Of a stretch of DNA of 64,000 nucleotides, positions 9,454 to 17,555 are shown one piece after another. The stretch lies in the IMG/VR virus record IMGVR_UViG_2690316366_000001, positions 1-64,000 of that record. One strand, given 5' to 3'. The notes under the pieces were generated by a model. It ran no database searches. It saw only the letters and a program-made list of their open reading frames with translations, and was not told the origin of the DNA. Origin of the DNA: a virus. Lineage: Duplodnaviria; Caudoviricetes. The position numbers and the translations under genes are program-made. Numbering within the stretch: position 1 is the stretch's first letter; each line of letters opens with the position of its first letter.

Positions 9454-9725
9454 TGAGCGATGACGAGCGAAGCTTCGAAGAGCGCAACCAGAGCTATTTC
9501 ATCAACCACACCGGCGGCGACTGGTCTCCGGAACAGGCCACCAAAAACTTTATGTTGAATGGGCCGGCGCAGCGCGCCGAGGGCTTGGATTTGCTCGACC
9601 GCGAAATTGCCAACGCAGGACCAGTCAGCAGCGGCAGCAATGACTTCAGGGCCGCGGCCGATCGATTGGTTCTGCGACGAGAGTTGGGCGAGCTCCACCG
9701 CAAAATGCTGGCGGTGAACAGGTGA
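9453..9725 (+). CDS. Hypothetical protein
   Basis: TAATG coupling. Confidence 0.6.
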   Translation: MSDDERSFEERNQSYFINHTGGDWSPEQATKNFMLNGPAQRAEGLDLLDREIANAGPVSSGSNDFRAAADRLVLRRELGELHRKMLAVNR

Positions 9726-10192
9726 GCATTCCCAGCCCGGTCCAAGTGACCCTCGCGCGTCAATATCTGGAAGCGCACAATCTGTTTGGCCGGTGGGCAA
9801 CCGTTCGCAAGTTGCCGGTGCTGCCGACAATGCCGGTGTACATCGCCGATTTCGTCAGCAACTCCTTTCCGGCGGCGAAACTGGAGGAATTGATCCGAGC
9901 AACCGAGGAGGTCTCGCGCCTTCACACTGGCAACGGTCTTGCCGATCCCGTCACAGGGCAGGTTGCCTCCGCATTCCAGGCTATCGCGCCGATCGCGCCG
10001 CCGCGGTCTTGGCCGACTGAGCACAAGACGAGCTTTCTGCAACTGCCGTATGGCTTGCAAAAGTACGTCGCCGCCCATGAGAGCCGTAGTGAAAAGGAAG
10101 TTCGCCGCGCGCAGAGCGAAGCGGCAGCAGCCCGTCAGAAATTAAGGGAGGCAGGGAAGACCAATGGCGATCAGCAAAACGTTGCAGCTTGA
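9722..10192 (+). CDS. Hypothetical protein with scaffold-like C-terminal motif
   Basis: PPRSWPTEHKTSFLQLP..LQKYVAAHE followed by coiled coil. Confidence 0.6.
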   Translation: MSIPSPVQVTLARQYLEAHNLFGRWATVRKLPVLPTMPVYIADFVSNSFPAAKLEELIRATEEVSRLHTGNGLADPVTGQVASAFQAIAPIAPPRSWPTEHKTSFLQLPYGLQKYVAAHESRSEKEVRRAQSEAAAARQKLREAGKTNGDQQNVAA

Positions 10193-10376
10193 GGAGCGGG
10201 TGCGAGCCATCCGCGCCGAGATCGACGCATTCATTGACGCTCGAGCCGAAGCTGAGGCGAAGGAATGCCCTGGTGTGCCGTTGGGAGTGATCCGCAATTC
10301 GATCGCTCGCGCGGGCTGTCAGTGCTCGACCTATCTCGAATTGAAGGCCAAGGACGAACTGGAACGTCAAGCATGA
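10164..10376 (+). CDS. Hypothetical protein
   Basis: Operonic overlap with both neighbours. Confidence 0.6.
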   Translation: MAISKTLQLEERVRAIRAEIDAFIDARAEAEAKECPGVPLGVIRNSIARAGCQCSTYLELKAKDELERQA

Positions 10377-10831
10377 GGGCAATCTTGCCGGAAAAGCTGG
10401 AGTTTTCCCGCGCCGTGGACTGCTTTGGACCGAATGCTGGTCACAATGGCCGCTTCCTCGTGCAGGGCCCCAGCGGCTGCCAGCTTCAACTCATATCGTA
10501 TGATGGCGAGCAGAGCGGCTGGGAGCAGGTTTCGGTTTCGACCGGCCGGCGCCGCTCGCCCAACTGGTTGGAGATGTGTTTCGCGAAAGACCTGTTCTGG
10601 GATGAAGAGGAATGCGTGGTTCAGTATCACCCGCCGCTTTCCCAGTACGTGAAGAACGATCGGTGGTGCCTGCACCTCTGGAAGCCCAAGCACGAGCAAG
10701 TCCCGGCGCCACCATCGAACCTTGTCGGTATCGTCGGAGTGGGGCCGCACGAAATGAAATTGTGGGTCGACGCGCAGGTAGCCGAGATCTTCGCGCGTTG
10801 TCAGCAAAGCACCGGGGACCTCACAAAATGA
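10373..10831 (+). CDS. Conserved phage protein (DUF7694-like)
   Basis: GWEQVSVS..P.W.EMC..KDLFW...VVQYHPP...CLHLW motif. Confidence 0.75.
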   Translation: MRAILPEKLEFSRAVDCFGPNAGHNGRFLVQGPSGCQLQLISYDGEQSGWEQVSVSTGRRRSPNWLEMCFAKDLFWDEEECVVQYHPPLSQYVKNDRWCLHLWKPKHEQVPAPPSNLVGIVGVGPHEMKLWVDAQVAEIFARCQQSTGDLTK

Positions 10832-11196
10832 CGAGCTGGCTTGACGCGATGATGCAACGAGCTACCGAGTCGTTGCGGGATCATCCGGAAGTACCTGCTC
10901 GACCGCGCGCCCTTACGACGCCAAAACCGGAGATCAAACATTGCTGGGTTCAGACACGCCGGCCGGATTACGAGCGTGGCGACGAGGGCAACGTCGAGCC
11001 GGTCTACTACTCCGTTTCGGATGGCGTGCTGAGCATGCATGACGAGAAGGGGAGGTCCACCGGACAGCAGGCCCTGGCCGATGGAGAAGATCCGCGGCTC
11101 GTTGCCATGCGCCTAAGGTGGGAAGCGTGGCAGAGGACGAACGCCGGATCGGATTTCAATCGGCCGCTGGTGTATTCTAAATCGGGGATGGCATGA
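10828..11196 (+). CDS. Hypothetical protein
   Basis: ATGA overlap; last gene of the + strand operon. Confidence 0.6.
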   Translation: MTSWLDAMMQRATESLRDHPEVPARPRALTTPKPEIKHCWVQTRRPDYERGDEGNVEPVYYSVSDGVLSMHDEKGRSTGQQALADGEDPRLVAMRLRWEAWQRTNAGSDFNRPLVYSKSGMA

Positions 11197-11215
11197 ATGT
11201 GAGCGTGTCGCCCGC

Positions 11216-12019
11216 CTAAGAGCGAGGCGTCTTCGCTTTGGCGATGTCCACCATCCCAGCGTACATTGCAGCGAGCTTGTCGGGGCCAGGATAATCGCCC
11301 TGCCAAAGCTGGGACAATGGTTGTCGACGAAAAACCGTAGGTTCAAGCGCTGCGACTTCCTTGGAGATCATATCGACCTCCAAACGACTGCGAGCGTACA
11401 AGGCCACGCCGCCTTGGAAGGCGATTTCTTTAGCCGTCTTCCACTCGTCCCTCGAGAAGGGCGTCCGAGATCCGAGCAAACCTGTGCGCGCAACCGTTGC
11501 AGCACGCAAACAATTGTCTGCATAGTATCTCAGCAAACTCTGTGCATTTTCATCGCCCCAGACTAGGCGCCGGCTCGAGTTAACGGCAATAATGCTCGCC
11601 TCTAGGCGTTCAAATGCGGTTTGTCGGCCTTCGTGAGCTCCGAGTCCAGCTAATGACAGCGAGCGGTCAAACACCTCAAGATCAGCGTTGGCGCGTTCGA
11701 TAAGCATTGCCAAATCAACTACGTCCGCTGCGCGTTGGCGCAAGCGTTCATAGTGGGCGGAGTTGTTTTGATGGATCAGCTCGGATAATTGCCGCTGCAT
11801 GGGAACAACGGTTCGATAAGCAGCGATGCCGGCGACAATGGCGGCCAGCAGTGCGACGAGTGCCGCGAGCGCATTACCGGCGAAGCCTATCCAAGCATCG
11901 GGACTAGCACTATTCGTCGCGTGCCAAATCGGGCCGGCTATTCCCAACCATGCCACGGTTGCGAAGATCCAGAGGAGGGCGACCGCGGTTGCAATTCCTG
12001 GCCAAGTCGGCTCGCGCAT
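11216..12019 (-). CDS. Membrane protein (two N-terminal TM helices plus helical domain), cargo
   Basis: Hydrophobic segments at about aa 8-31 and 44-66; lower GC. Confidence 0.7.
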   Translation of the reverse strand: MREPTWPGIATAVALLWIFATVAWLGIAGPIWHATNSASPDAWIGFAGNALAALVALLAAIVAGIAAYRTVVPMQRQLSELIHQNNSAHYERLRQRAADVVDLAMLIERANADLEVFDRSLSLAGLGAHEGRQTAFERLEASIIAVNSSRRLVWGDENAQSLLRYYADNCLRAATVARTGLLGSRTPFSRDEWKTAKEIAFQGGVALYARSRLEVDMISKEVAALEPTVFRRQPLSQLWQGDYPGPDKLAAMYAGMVDIAKAKTPRS

Positions 12020-12077
12020 GGTGTGTTGATACTAGCGCAACTTTGACGCGATTCGAAAGCGACGCTTTGACGAAAGC

Positions 12078-12338
12078 TCAGCAAACGCCCTTGGCGAAAT
12101 TGATGACCTCGCCCCAGTCCATTCGAGTATCGACCCAGCCGACCTTGCCGCAGGCGGTGCACTTCAGGTGTGCTGAGATGTCGTACCAGTCCCAATCCGG
12201 AAGGTCGGCGAGCTTCAGTCGGCCGTTGTGGTGCTGACAGCCGACGCAGAAGACGAGCACGGTTGTGAAGCCGGCGTTTCGATCGACGGGGCCGGACCAG
12301 TAGCGGAGGAAATGAGCGGGCTTGCGGCGCCAGGGCAT
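12078..12338 (-). CDS. Small zinc-ribbon protein
   Basis: CVGC...CTAC pairs; start MPWRRK at 12338. Confidence 0.6.
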   Translation of the reverse strand: MPWRRKPAHFLRYWSGPVDRNAGFTTVLVFCVGCQHHNGRLKLADLPDWDWYDISAHLKCTACGKVGWVDTRMDWGEVINFAKGVC

Positions 12339-12531
12339 GCCCCCAACTGATTCCGCGGTTGCGCGGCGCTGGCAAATCCTCAATAGGTTGGGGCAGGGAA
12401 CAGCGCGGAGGTACTAAGCGTCGCAGGTGGATCGCCATGCCGGACGCAATGAGCAGGTTAGGGTTCGTTGCCCTCGTGGCTAGCGAAGAGGATCCTGCCT
12501 CAATTTCTTGTCTTGCTGGTGGCGAAGATTC

Positions 12532-13221
12532 TCAACTGCTCGTCGGCGGACCCGCGCGCCGTTCGGCGCGCCTAGCCTCGGCTTCTCTTAATCTGCCTGG
12601 CAGAGTGAACAGTGCTTCCAGCAGCTCGACCGTGAAATCCTGCATATCCAGGGCATCGGCCTGACCCAATGGCGCGTTATGAACGCCATCATTGGCGTCC
12701 TCTCTGATTGCGTCGGCTAGCGCCTCAACTTCCTTCGGCAAAAGATTGTTTGCGAAGAGCCAAGCTAATCTCGGCTTCAGGTTGTAGCGCGTTCTTTTGT
12801 CCGCTGGCGGGCCGGCGGGAGCCGCATTCATTCTGTCCTTAGATATCTGATCGATTATCTTTCGGAACATCGCGCTAGAAGCGTTCCAGGCTCCAATCGA
12901 GACGCATTCCGCGGCTTCGTCGAAAATCAGTTTAAGTTCTGGCGGAACGTGAGGCGGTGCATCAACGACTGAACCTCTAGGTCGGACGACGCCAACCACA
13001 TTCAAAAGCCCATTCACCGTGTCATCCGATCTTATGATCTCGTCCACGCCATGGTTTGAGTAACGTGTTGTCGCCTGCCAAATAGCGCTCTTGTAGCAAG
13101 ACCTGCATTGGAGAAGAAGTTCGTAGCATGTCCCGTTTTCATAGAATGACGTGCATCCTCGCACGTCATGCGTCATCTTGCGCTCTGAACACCGAGGACA
13201 ATCGAGTGTCAACATTGCCAT
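12532..13221 (-). CDS. DUF4145 (HEPN-related) protein with N-terminal Zn ribbon
   Basis: CPRC/CRSC; EAAEC...ASSAMFRK...IREDANDGVH (Rx4-6H-like). Confidence 0.8.
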   Translation of the reverse strand: MAMLTLDCPRCSERKMTHDVRGCTSFYENGTCYELLLQCRSCYKSAIWQATTRYSNHGVDEIIRSDDTVNGLLNVVGVVRPRGSVVDAPPHVPPELKLIFDEAAECVSIGAWNASSAMFRKIIDQISKDRMNAAPAGPPADKRTRYNLKPRLAWLFANNLLPKEVEALADAIREDANDGVHNAPLGQADALDMQDFTVELLEALFTLPGRLREAEARRAERRAGPPTSS

Positions 13222-13292
13222 AGCTCACCCCCAGGAGGGGACCACTCAACCGAAACGGGCAGGCAAAGGCAATGCCCCAAAAGGTGGATGCG

Positions 13293-14243
13293 TCAGTCCC
13301 AGAGCCCGCGGTGCGCCCGATCGCCTCGTGAAACATCGGCGTCGTCATAGATCGGAGCATCAAGCGAGTCGGGCTGCTTCACTGTACCGTAGCCGAGGCC
13401 TGGATTTCTGCGGTAGTGCTCCGACGTAAAATCCATAATCCGGTTTGCAAGATTTTCTCGGCTTATCGCTCGGCTCAGCAGTGACACTATAATGTCCTGC
13501 GCCACATCGTAGCGAGCTTCGAAAGGAACACGTTTCTGTTTAAGGAGCGAGAGGATCCATTCGAAGTCACCGGCTTGCATTTCGAAGGGTGGAACATCCT
13601 CCTGTGCGAGATCCAGCCGAAAATGCTCCGCGTTGCTTGGGACGATTCTGAACAGCATCAATTGACTGCGAGAAAGGCGAACCCGGGCGTTCTCGATAAG
13701 AAAGCGGTCAAAACTTGGGTTCTCAATTCGATAGCGTTTCAGAGCTTTGAACGTGACAATGAGCCGTCGTGCACCGCGGGTTTGTGTGATCTGCCCCACT
13801 GTCAACCCATTCTCGATGGCTTTGTGCACGCGAGCGATCTGCTCCGGCTTCATGACGGAACCGATCTTCTGCAGGCCGTGATTGCAGGCCTTGCACCATC
13901 GTTGACCACTGGCCTTGATGCCAAGGTTGGTCCCGGAGAGTTCGTGGCCTCGCTTGCAATGGGTTAGATTTCGCTTTCGCGCGCCTTTGCGCCTGTTGGC
14001 CGTAATCAAATTGATCTCGACCAGTCGCGTTGCCTCAGCACCCCAACTTGGGAAAGCTTTGCAGTGAGAAGCAAAACCATGAAGGCTGCCGATCCCGCGC
14101 ACTCTCAGGCCGTCGGGCGTCCACTTGCCCGATAGAACAGATCTGAGGCTAAAGCCTCGCCGAAGCCGATCCATGAACTCATCGGGCTGTTGAAGCCCAA
14201 CGAGCGGATACTTCGATTTCGACCGCAGCGCCATGCATCGCAT
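13293..14243 (-). CDS. Hypothetical protein with phage THCKRGH...CKAC zinc motif
   Basis: Motif commonly appended to phage HNH proteins; start uncertain. Confidence 0.6.
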   Translation of the reverse strand: MRCMALRSKSKYPLVGLQQPDEFMDRLRRGFSLRSVLSGKWTPDGLRVRGIGSLHGFASHCKAFPSWGAEATRLVEINLITANRRKGARKRNLTHCKRGHELSGTNLGIKASGQRWCKACNHGLQKIGSVMKPEQIARVHKAIENGLTVGQITQTRGARRLIVTFKALKRYRIENPSFDRFLIENARVRLSRSQLMLFRIVPSNAEHFRLDLAQEDVPPFEMQAGDFEWILSLLKQKRVPFEARYDVAQDIIVSLLSRAISRENLANRIMDFTSEHYRRNPGLGYGTVKQPDSLDAPIYDDADVSRGDRAHRGLWD

Positions 14244-14514
14244 GCTGACGGCATCGAGCGCAGGGCTCTAGGTTTGCGCCCCCAACATCCCCGCAATGCC
14301 CGTAGTTCACCGGCAGGAACGCGCGCCGAGGCGCCCCCGGAAGGGGATAGACAACGTTTACCAAATCATGATGGAGTGCCCGTGGGTGTGAGAACCCGGA
14401 CCGAAATAGGCTGGCGATCGATTGGCGTCGATTGCTGCCGAAAGCGCGGTGAGCCTTGGCGGGCTCGCTAGGCGCTGTTGGAGCGCCTTGGCGGGCGCGC
14501 CGTTCTGGCTTTAT

Positions 14515-14597
14515 GCCGGGGGCGCTGCGCCATGTCCAGAGGGGAAACCCTTAAAAGCGCTGGCGACCTGTCTTTCGGCAGGTTCTCACCCCCCGGC
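14515..14597 (+). ncRNA. c4-type antisense RNA (P1/P7 c4, P4 CI-like fold)
   Basis: Closing stem GCCGGGGG/CCCCCGGC, GAAA-tetraloop hairpin (14540-14551), hairpin ACCTG-TCTTTCGG-CAGGT followed by TCTCAC; complementary targets on both sides. Confidence 0.75.
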
Positions 14598-14653
14598 TGC
14601 CCAGTCTGTCACTGGGCGCGGCTGTGAGAAGCCATACCGAAAGACCATCCACC

Positions 14654-15043
14654 ATGAAAGCCATCGTAGAGCGGCCAGCGGAGTCCGTTGGTGCGATCTT
14701 GTCCGGCCTCGCTGTCCAACAGCGGGAGCGGGAAACGACTCTCCAGACACTCGCCAGACTCAGGAAAGAGGCACGCGAGGAAATCGCTAGGCTGATCGAT
14801 TTCCTCGATGCGAGCGACGAGTACGTGATGACCGAGCGAGAGCAGGATGACTGCGAGCGCGAGGACTGCTTCGAGGACGACGAACCCGACCTTGGAAGCC
14901 TCGACAGCCACCACAGCCAAGAGCGCTGGGCGGCCGGCGGGACCGACGACCTCGAGGAGGACAACGACAGCGGCATCGCCGATCTTGACGGACTCCTGGA
15001 GCAGGTCGGAACGCAGGACTGGCAAGAGGGAGCACTCGCATGA
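14654..15043 (+). CDS. Acidic hypothetical protein downstream of the c4 target site
   Basis: ATG 14654 just after target 14624-14645; D/E-rich C-terminal half. Confidence 0.7.
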   Translation: MKAIVERPAESVGAILSGLAVQQRERETTLQTLARLRKEAREEIARLIDFLDASDEYVMTEREQDDCEREDCFEDDEPDLGSLDSHHSQERWAAGGTDDLEEDNDSGIADLDGLLEQVGTQDWQEGALA

Positions 15044-15228
15044 AGGTGCAGCCCTGGCATCGGCGCCAAGCAATCTGCGTCGCCGCAGCATTGCCTGAGA
15101 ACGATCAAGACGCATTGATTGTCCTGCGGCTGGCAACCGAGCTCGTCACCGGCTTCCTTGCCGAGCGCGAGGAGAACGAAAAGCCGGCATCGACGGTGGT
15201 CCTGATAGGAGGACGCGAATGCGCCTAA
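15040..15228 (+). CDS. Hypothetical protein
   Basis: GGAG RBS and ATGA overlap. Confidence 0.6.
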   Translation: MKVQPWHRRQAICVAAALPENDQDALIVLRLATELVTGFLAEREENEKPASTVVLIGGRECA

Positions 15229-15441
15229 CCGTCCTGCTATTTGCTCGAGCGCGGTTGAAGCTGGCGCTTTGGTCGATCCTGCTTGCTCGCAAGCTGGCGA
15301 CGATCGGCAGCGGCATGCTGTCCTGACCGTCCCAAGAAACTACGCCGCCGGGCCCGAAATGGTTTGTCCCGGCGGCGCTTGTCTAACTCTGGGACGTAAA
15401 ATCCCCAGCTTCATTCGTACTGCACCGGCTGTGCCACAGGC

Positions 15442-15621
15442 TTATGACCGGCGGCGCCGAAGGCCTTTGAGCGTCTGCGGTAGCTCGTTGACGATCTGGG
15501 TGAGCAGCCACGCGAGGCCGGCGCCGATCATTGCCGCGAGGTAGCCGTTCGGGGTCCATCGCCAGTGTATATTCGAAGCGATCACCCCGAAGATCACGAT
15601 CGACTGCAACAGGTGCCACAT
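15442..15621 (-). CDS. Small two-TM membrane protein (59 aa, not in ORF track)
   Basis: MWHLLQSIVIFGVIASNIHWRWTPNGYLAAMIGAGLAWLL...RRRRS; AGGA upstream. Confidence 0.55.
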   Translation of the reverse strand: MWHLLQSIVIFGVIASNIHWRWTPNGYLAAMIGAGLAWLLTQIVNELPQTLKGLRRRRS

Positions 15622-15735
15622 GCCGGCATCCTACCATCGTTGGCTGAGCGCGGCTCGCCAGCTCAATACAAGCACAGAGCGATGACGTTGGCCGTGACTG
15701 CCGCGGCGAAGTAGGCCACGCCGAGTAGTCGGCCA

Positions 15736-15809
15736 GTGTGCATGGTGTGTGCACGTACTGAAATCCTGGTCGGCTGATCTGCGGTGTTTTCAGAGCTAAG
15801 TACTTGATT
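15736..15809. promoter_or_regulatory. Arm-type repeats plus IHF-like site at the island right end
   Basis: GTGTGCATGGTGTGTGCAC (15736-15754); AATCAAGTACTTA on the minus strand matches WATCAANNNNTTR. Confidence 0.55.
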
Positions 15810-15813
15810 TTGT

Positions 15814-15860
15814 TTGGTGAGCGCGGTGGGACTCGAACCCACGACCCCATGATTAAAAGT
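15814..15860 (-). repeat. att core, copy 2 (junction between island and prophage): 3' half of tRNA-Lys(TTT)
   Basis: Identical to 684-730; diverges right after the anticodon loop, so not an intact tRNA. Confidence 0.93.
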
Positions 15861-15967
15861 GAAGTATTCATGAGGTTTTTCCCAGCAAATTCAACGAAGC
15901 GAGTTTACAACGCTTCGCCGGATTTGTGCTCGAACGGGCGCTAAGAATCGGGGGTTTGTAAACCACT

Positions 15968-17221
15968 TCAGACCTCCTTTTTCTTCGCCCCGAGGACGTG
16001 GACACGCTGCTCCGACCAGCGGCTTTCGAGGATCTGCATGGCACGCTTGGCCATCCGGAACTTGCTGACCTCCTTCGAATAGTGGTGCACCATCTGTGCG
16101 CTCATCCCGACGATCGCGCTGACTTCTTCCTCTGTGCAGCCGACCTCGAGGAGCATGTTGACGGCGTTCTTTCGGAGCCCATGGAAGACCAGCCGCTTCT
16201 CGCGGAACATGGCCATCGGCTTCTTGTCGAGCGCTCGGCCCCATGCCGTCTTGAAGCCCTCGTAGGACCAAGGTTCGCCGTCCGCCCGGAGGTGCAGCCG
16301 CAGCTGCGGCTTGTCCTTGTCGGTGGGGGCGGCGTCGATGAGGCCCCGGTACTCAGAATGGATCTGGACCGGGATCCGGTCTTGGGTCTTCTGCGCGATC
16401 AGCGGGATGCCGGTGTCGGTCGACTTCGGCCTGAGCATATTGATGACGTCGACCTTGCGCTGGCCCGTGAACAGGCCCGAGTAGACGGCAAGGTGTAGGT
16501 CGACCCGGGCGTGCTCGAAGAACACATCGAATGCCTCCGGCGGCCACGGAGAATACGTACCCTCGCTGTCGTAGCGCTCGGTGTGCTCGACCGGATTGTC
16601 CTTCCGGAAGCCGCGCGGGATGCCCCAGGATATGATCCGGCTCAGGGTCGATCGGAAGACACGGCCGGCCGATGGCGTATCGGCGAACCCCTTGTCGAGC
16701 ACCCCTTGGATCGTGGTGGCTTCGAGGGTCTCGACGGGGTCGTCGCCCCAGGCCACCTCGATCATCTCGATGTACCGGTCGTACTGCTCCCGGGTCCCTT
16801 CGGCGATGTCCTCGGTGTAGGCGCGGTGCTTCTTGAACTCAGCGATCAGGGCCCGGAAGGACCGCGTGTTGCCTGCCTGAACCCTGATGCCGATCGCCTC
16901 GGCCTTGTCCACGGCTTCCCAGAATGAACGATGGTCGGCTGGCGCGGGCAGGGGATGCCGGCGGCCGGTGACATCGGTGAAGAACCATGACCAGGCGCCC
17001 TCAGCGCTGACAGCGTCGAGCTTGTCCAGTTGGATGACGCGCTTGGCAAACTCTTCGGACAGCGGCTCTGCCGTGATCCGGACACGCGGCCACTCCCGCC
17101 CAGTTCGGCGAAATTTCGAGTAGTAATAATAGGTTCGTCCGTTCGGCTTCGATATCGAATGAACGTGTTCAGGAAGGGCCACGGTTCCCCCTCCCACTCT
17201 TGGCCTGCCGTTCTTTCGCAT
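15968..17221 (-). CDS. int: Prophage tyrosine integrase
   Basis: TGQRKVD, FHGLRKN, VGMSAQMVHHY; adjacent to att. Confidence 0.93.
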   Translation of the reverse strand: MRKNGRPRVGGGTVALPEHVHSISKPNGRTYYYYSKFRRTGREWPRVRITAEPLSEEFAKRVIQLDKLDAVSAEGAWSWFFTDVTGRRHPLPAPADHRSFWEAVDKAEAIGIRVQAGNTRSFRALIAEFKKHRAYTEDIAEGTREQYDRYIEMIEVAWGDDPVETLEATTIQGVLDKGFADTPSAGRVFRSTLSRIISWGIPRGFRKDNPVEHTERYDSEGTYSPWPPEAFDVFFEHARVDLHLAVYSGLFTGQRKVDVINMLRPKSTDTGIPLIAQKTQDRIPVQIHSEYRGLIDAAPTDKDKPQLRLHLRADGEPWSYEGFKTAWGRALDKKPMAMFREKRLVFHGLRKNAVNMLLEVGCTEEEVSAIVGMSAQMVHHYSKEVSKFRMAKRAMQILESRWSEQRVHVLGAKKKEV

Positions 17222-17537
17222 TGAGGAAGCGCTCGGTCATATCCAGTTGAGCCTGCGCCTCAGGCTGCGCGGGCCCCGGGTCCGTCGTCAATGGCTGTTC
17301 CCGACCAAATCGCAGCTTTCTCCATTCGTCGATTTGGTCGAGATCGAACATACCGGTGTCGGGGTCGGCCGGCGGGAAGCCGCGCTTCAGCAGGTTGGGC
17401 AGCAGTTCGTTGAACCGGTCCAATGTCAGATGCAGCCGGCGAGCCGCCTTTTCCGGGGGCACGTCGCCCGGGTCGACCCGAAAGCGGATGTCGGCGCCGC
17501 GCAGCGCGTCTGCCCCTTCTCGGCGATCAGGGGTCAT
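17169..17537 (-). CDS. Putative excisionase
   Basis: Upstream of int; AARRL...GFPPADPDTGMFDLDQIDEW wHTH-like. Confidence 0.7.
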   Translation of the reverse strand: MTPDRREGADALRGADIRFRVDPGDVPPEKAARRLHLTLDRFNELLPNLLKRGFPPADPDTGMFDLDQIDEWRKLRFGREQPLTTDPGPAQPEAQAQLDMTERFLNAKERQAKSGRGNRGPS

Positions 17538-17555
17538 GGCGCTACCTCCGTTCCT

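Larger units (their letters stand above)
684..15860. mobile_element. ~15.1-kb integrated phage-satellite-like island (PICI-like)
   Basis: 47-bp direct repeats at both ends, integrase at the left end, xis/helicase/terS genes, no major capsid, portal or terL. Confidence 0.85.
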
